Source: Anthoceros angustus (lineage: Eukaryota; Plantae; Anthocerotophyta). Taken from it: a stretch of DNA of 64,000 nucleotides. The notes below the pieces were generated by a model. The model was not told where the DNA came from and ran no database searches. It saw nothing but the letters and a program-made list of their open reading frames with translations. How positions within the stretch are numbered: position 1 is the stretch's first letter; every line of letters begins with the position of its first letter. The stretch is taken from positions 346,130 to 410,129 of the forward strand of contig MU008205.1 in NCBI GenBank assembly GCA_010909165.1. The letters run 5' to 3'. This document shows positions 63,501 to 64,000 of the stretch, piece after piece. The position numbers and the translations under genes were made by a program.

Positions 63501-63901
63501 AGGAGATGAAGGCCAGGGGCGGCCACAGGGGACCCTAGTGGCCTTTGGAAGATAACGGGAGGCGGAGGAGCGGCGGAGGAGGCGAGCGGAAACGAGGCGG
63601 CGGATCTCGGCGAGGTAAGCACCCGCACCTCACCATGGAAGGAGGCCAGCAGTCGAGGCGATCGGGAGCAGGAGGACTTGAGGAGAGCCACGGAGGTCCG
63701 TGAGGAGACCCGGGTGGGCGTGAGTCGGGACTTTGTCCGGACCCAGGCGGACCTGAGTCCGGACCTCGGTAATAAGTCGGACCACAGGTCAGGACCCGGC
63801 TGACCTGAAGTCCGGACCTGGCAGTAGGACTTTCCGAGGAAATAATGGACTCAAGTTCGGGGAGTCGAGTGATCGAGGTCCCGACCCGCGATAAGGAGGA
63901 G
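60512..63901. mobile_element. Second, inverted copy of the 1-4239 family, inserted into Copia-3
   Basis: Starts TGTGGGCT. Collinear with the reverse complement of 4239 towards 340, with a degenerate coiled-coil ORF on the plus strand. Confidence 0.6.
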
Positions 63902-64000
63902 TGTGGAAGACCACATGAACTAACCCGCCTATTTCACTGTTTCAAAAGGGATGTATGAGTGGATTGCATATGTACCGGACCGCAAAATGGACTCGTCCTT
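63902..64000 (+). mobile_element. Possible start of another LTR
   Basis: TGTGGAAG follows the purine run aaggaggag, with a composition shift. The window ends here. Confidence 0.3.

Overview
Eukaryotic land-plant DNA. Short GT-AG introns, roughly 50% GC and PLS-class PPR relics suggest a non-seed plant such as a hornwort or other bryophyte (inference). More than half of the window is nested transposons: three related Ty1/copia elements, a fourth copia RT/RNase H fragment, Ty3/gypsy (Athila/Tat-like) pieces, a CACTA 3' end and a probable solo LTR. There is one apparently intact multi-exon gene (52734-56370), encoding a DUF1221/HeLo-like (plant MLKL-type) N-terminus, a kinase with intact catalytic motifs, SEL1-like repeats and an ARM repeat. 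About six intronless, highly divergent type II SKP1-like (ASK20/21-like) copies are scattered among gene relics (PPR, NSUN6-like, a DDX47/RRP3 retrocopy). The three copia elements share non-canonical LTR 3' ends (TA, TA, GA) and an extra Cys-pair/coiled-coil ORF between the PBS and gag. Caveat: many near-identical tandem duplications differ mostly by 1-bp indels, which points to noisy long-read assembly, so copy numbers and frameshifts are unreliable. All family assignments are by motif recognition, not database searches.
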